Source of the DNA: a virus
Lineage: Duplodnaviria > Caudoviricetes
IMG/VR virus record: IMGVR_UViG_3300030433_001347
Location: 1-35,070 of that record
Reading direction: 5' to 3' (one strand)
DNA length: 35,070 bases
Shown: positions 33,070 through 35,070 of the stretch, piece after piece
How positions within the stretch are numbered: position 1 is the first letter of the stretch
How the letters are laid out: each line of letters begins with the position of its first letter
The notes under the pieces: model-generated
What the model was told of the DNA's origin: nothing
What the model saw: the letters and a program-made list of their open reading frames with translations, nothing else
Databases searched by the model: none
Position numbers and translations under genes: made by a program

Positions 33070-33809
33070 GGTTTCCAGTATTTAATCTTTTTGGTTACGG
33101 GATCGTAGTTTTCTGCCCGTAAAATTCTAGCCAACCTAGCCTGCACTAGGGCATCCACGGAGGATTGGCCCTGTAGTTCGTATGCCTCTACAACAGCATC
33201 CCATGTAGCCCTTTCGTTTAAGATTCGGTTAGCTCTGGTAGGGCCGATGGTAGGACACCCCATGTATCCGTCAGTGGAGTCTCCTATGAGGGTCTGGTAT
33301 AGGTGAAATCTGTCTGCAGCTTCCTCGGTAATCTTTTTGATACCCTCTTCAGCCTTGTTGGGGTTCCATAGTTCACATGGAACAGTCCTCATGTCCTTGT
33401 CTGTGCTAACAATAATCTTACGGGAGCCTTTGCAGTAGTTGGGATCAGTGGCCCACACTCCCAGCAGGTCGTCTGCCTCCAAGGGTTCTACTATTTCTGC
33501 AGCCCATTCCTTCAGCAGGTGTTCCCGTAAGGGGACAAGGCCCATAGGTTTTCTGGAAGTCTTCCTGCTGTGTTTGTAAGTGGGATCAATGTCTCTCCTG
33601 AAGTTGTCCTTACCTGTCAGGGCTATGACAACCTTGGTCGCCTTGAGGTTTTTAGCGATGAACTTAATGTCTGCATCCATCTGCTGCACAGCCTGCCGTA
33701 CATCAGTCCAGAGACTCCAGATGTCATCGCCCCAATCGGTCGCCACTTCAGCACCTGCAGCGTGTTTATAGGCTACGATGTCTCCGTCTAATAGTATGGT
33801 TGTATTCAT
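33066..33809 (-). CDS. 5'-3' exonuclease (T7 gp6-like)
   Basis: LLDGDIVAY, NFR....TYK..R, LEADD, DKD and GDSTDGY.G motifs. Start at MNTTILL. Confidence 0.93.
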   Translation of the reverse strand: MNTTILLDGDIVAYKHAAGAEVATDWGDDIWSLWTDVRQAVQQMDADIKFIAKNLKATKVVIALTGKDNFRRDIDPTYKHSRKTSRKPMGLVPLREHLLKEWAAEIVEPLEADDLLGVWATDPNYCKGSRKIIVSTDKDMRTVPCELWNPNKAEEGIKKITEEAADRFHLYQTLIGDSTDGYMGCPTIGPTRANRILNERATWDAVVEAYELQGQSSVDALVQARLARILRAENYDPVTKKIKYWKP

Positions 33810-34138
33810 GTGAGTTGACGAGCCAGCCACTCAAACACCTTGGGATTGTGTTTCCACACCGTAGTGAGTCCAGTGGCTAGTCGTGTTGTTGCTTGTTCTT
33901 CTGTGGTACTGTCAGTTATGTCCATCACATAGTTGATGCAGTGGATTAACTCGTGAAGGAAAGTGTCTGCTGTAGTTTCTTTGGGGTAGCCTTTAGCGAT
34001 TTGGATGACACATTTGTCTAGGTCTGCTGTGCCGTGTGAATCACTAGAGGCTACCCATTCGACCTTGAAGGTCTGGTTGAGGATGAGAACCTTAGTTGGC
34101 CGTCTGTAGTATTTTGTAGTTCTCTTTGTACTCATCAT
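33806..34138 (-). CDS. Small HExxH (zincin-like) protein (start uncertain)
   Basis: DTFLHELIHCI followed by a downstream EE motif. Confidence 0.7.
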   Translation of the reverse strand: MMSTKRTTKYYRRPTKVLILNQTFKVEWVASSDSHGTADLDKCVIQIAKGYPKETTADTFLHELIHCINYVMDITDSTTEEQATTRLATGLTTVWKHNPKVFEWLARQLT

Positions 34139-34514
34139 ACTTGGAGGGGCCACTCACGGGTATGTTGATCATGTGCTTTTCTTTAACAACATACCAAGGG
34201 ATCATATAAGCAGCATCCTCAGGGAACACATATATAATCAGCACAGTGTAGTTCCCTAGGGCGTTCCTTGTCCTGAATCTGTAATAAGTTTCCTTCCCTC
34301 GCAGATGCTGTGGAGAAGCTGAAGATTTAACCTGCACTCTGTTGATGACATCCTTGTAATCGGACAGCAGGTCATAGCCTGTGGTGTTTCTAGGATCAGA
34401 AACGATGAAGCCTTTGGCCATTAACTTGGCGGCTATTATGGCTTCGGCTGTTTCTCCCACGGCTAGTTCGTCAGTGCGTTTCAGCCCAGTTAAATCCCAC
34501 TTTGGATTCGCCAT
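34092..34514 (-). CDS. PD-(D/E)XK endonuclease (homing endonuclease / resolvase-like)
   Basis: G..AE...A..L...G, YDLL and RVQVKS motifs. ATG at 34514 overlaps the polymerase 3' end (alternative GTG at 34460). Confidence 0.75.
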   Translation of the reverse strand: MANPKWDLTGLKRTDELAVGETAEAIIAAKLMAKGFIVSDPRNTTGYDLLSDYKDVINRVQVKSSASPQHLRGKETYYRFRTRNALGNYTVLIIYVFPEDAAYMIPWYVVKEKHMINIPVSGPSKYDEYKENYKILQTAN

Positions 34515-35070
34515 CAAGTGGACACCTAAATCCAAGGGTGACCCCTGATTGTTTGATTGCGCTAACTGCCTCAGAAGCCACAAGTCCACTCCATTCAGGC
34601 GTGGCTTCACATTGGTACTCATCATGCACATGTGCTACTATCCCCCAATCTTTCCCATGAACCAGCCCCTTACTGGTCAAGCTATTATAGAGATGGACAG
34701 TGGCCTGCTTCATTATTACGGCCCCCGCCGATTGAAGCAGTGTGTTTAGCGCAGAATGCTCACTACGTATAAAGAGATGCCTCCCATCCAGTCCCTTTAG
34801 GAAGTTTCTTGACTCAAGTGCATTACTTATACAAGACTTTAATTGCCCTAAAGCTGGTAAACTTTTCAGGAATTTCTCCTTAATTTTCTTACCTGCTCCC
34901 CTGCCCTTGCCTATAACTTCACCGATCTTGGCATCGCCTGCTCCGTATAAGAATGCGTAGATAAATCGCTTGGCTGCATCCCGTGAGGGAAGTCCTGCTG
35001 CTGTTTGATTAACAGTGTGTATATCCTCCTCTAGTAGCTTACGGGTATAGTCCCCGTCATCATAGGGAGC
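34471..35070 (-). CDS. DNA polymerase family A (T7 gp5-like), C-terminal part, 5'-truncated by the window
   Basis: Open frame from the window edge: DIHT.NQ, motif B RDAAKRFIYAFLYG, LDGR, ALNTLLQSAGA, motif C VHDEYQ, WAETH. Confidence 0.96.
   Translation of the reverse strand, partial: APYDDGDYTRKLLEEDIHTVNQTAAGLPSRDAAKRFIYAFLYGAGDAKIGEVIGKGRGAGKKIKEKFLKSLPALGQLKSCISNALESRNFLKGLDGRHLFIRSEHSALNTLLQSAGAVIMKQATVHLYNSLTSKGLVHGKDWGIVAHVHDEYQCEATPEWSGLVASEAVSAIKQSGVTLGFRCPLDGESKVGFNWAETH

Noticed and set aside
82-34960. The many + strand ORFs in the ORF track
   Set aside because: They lie antisense to well-supported minus-strand genes, lack motifs, and look like shadow frames.
1-35070. CRISPR array, integrase, RNA polymerase or intron
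   Set aside because: No regularly spaced repeats and no such motifs were seen. An RNA polymerase gene, if present, would lie outside the window.

Overview
About 35 kb of a T7-like podophage (Autographiviridae-type) genome, with essentially all genes on the minus strand. Reading from the right end: C-terminus of a family A DNA polymerase, a PD-(D/E)XK nuclease, an HExxH protein, 5'-3' exonuclease, dNMP kinase, gp6.5/6.7-like small genes, portal, scaffold, a small membrane/lipoprotein cassette, major capsid plus terminator, tail tubular A and B (both with large insertions), gp13-gp16-like internal virion proteins, a split three-gene tail-fibre system, further membrane/lysis genes, and small and large terminase. 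A non-coding, repeat- and hairpin-rich stretch (about 1740-2640) follows and probably marks the genome end/start junction. Several hypothetical, probably early, genes come after it. The most unusual items are: (1) a long (at least 370 nt) fold-back element overlapping the start of the first putative early gene, with G-U-type substitutions favouring the antisense strand; (2) a tail-fibre chain whose proteins share a C-terminal H(N/D)LG module and an N-terminal MA.KKI.T peptide; (3) up to three separate holin/spanin-like loci; (4) several translationally coupled micro-ORFs missed by the ORF track. All assignments come from motif recognition and synteny by eye; no database searches were run.
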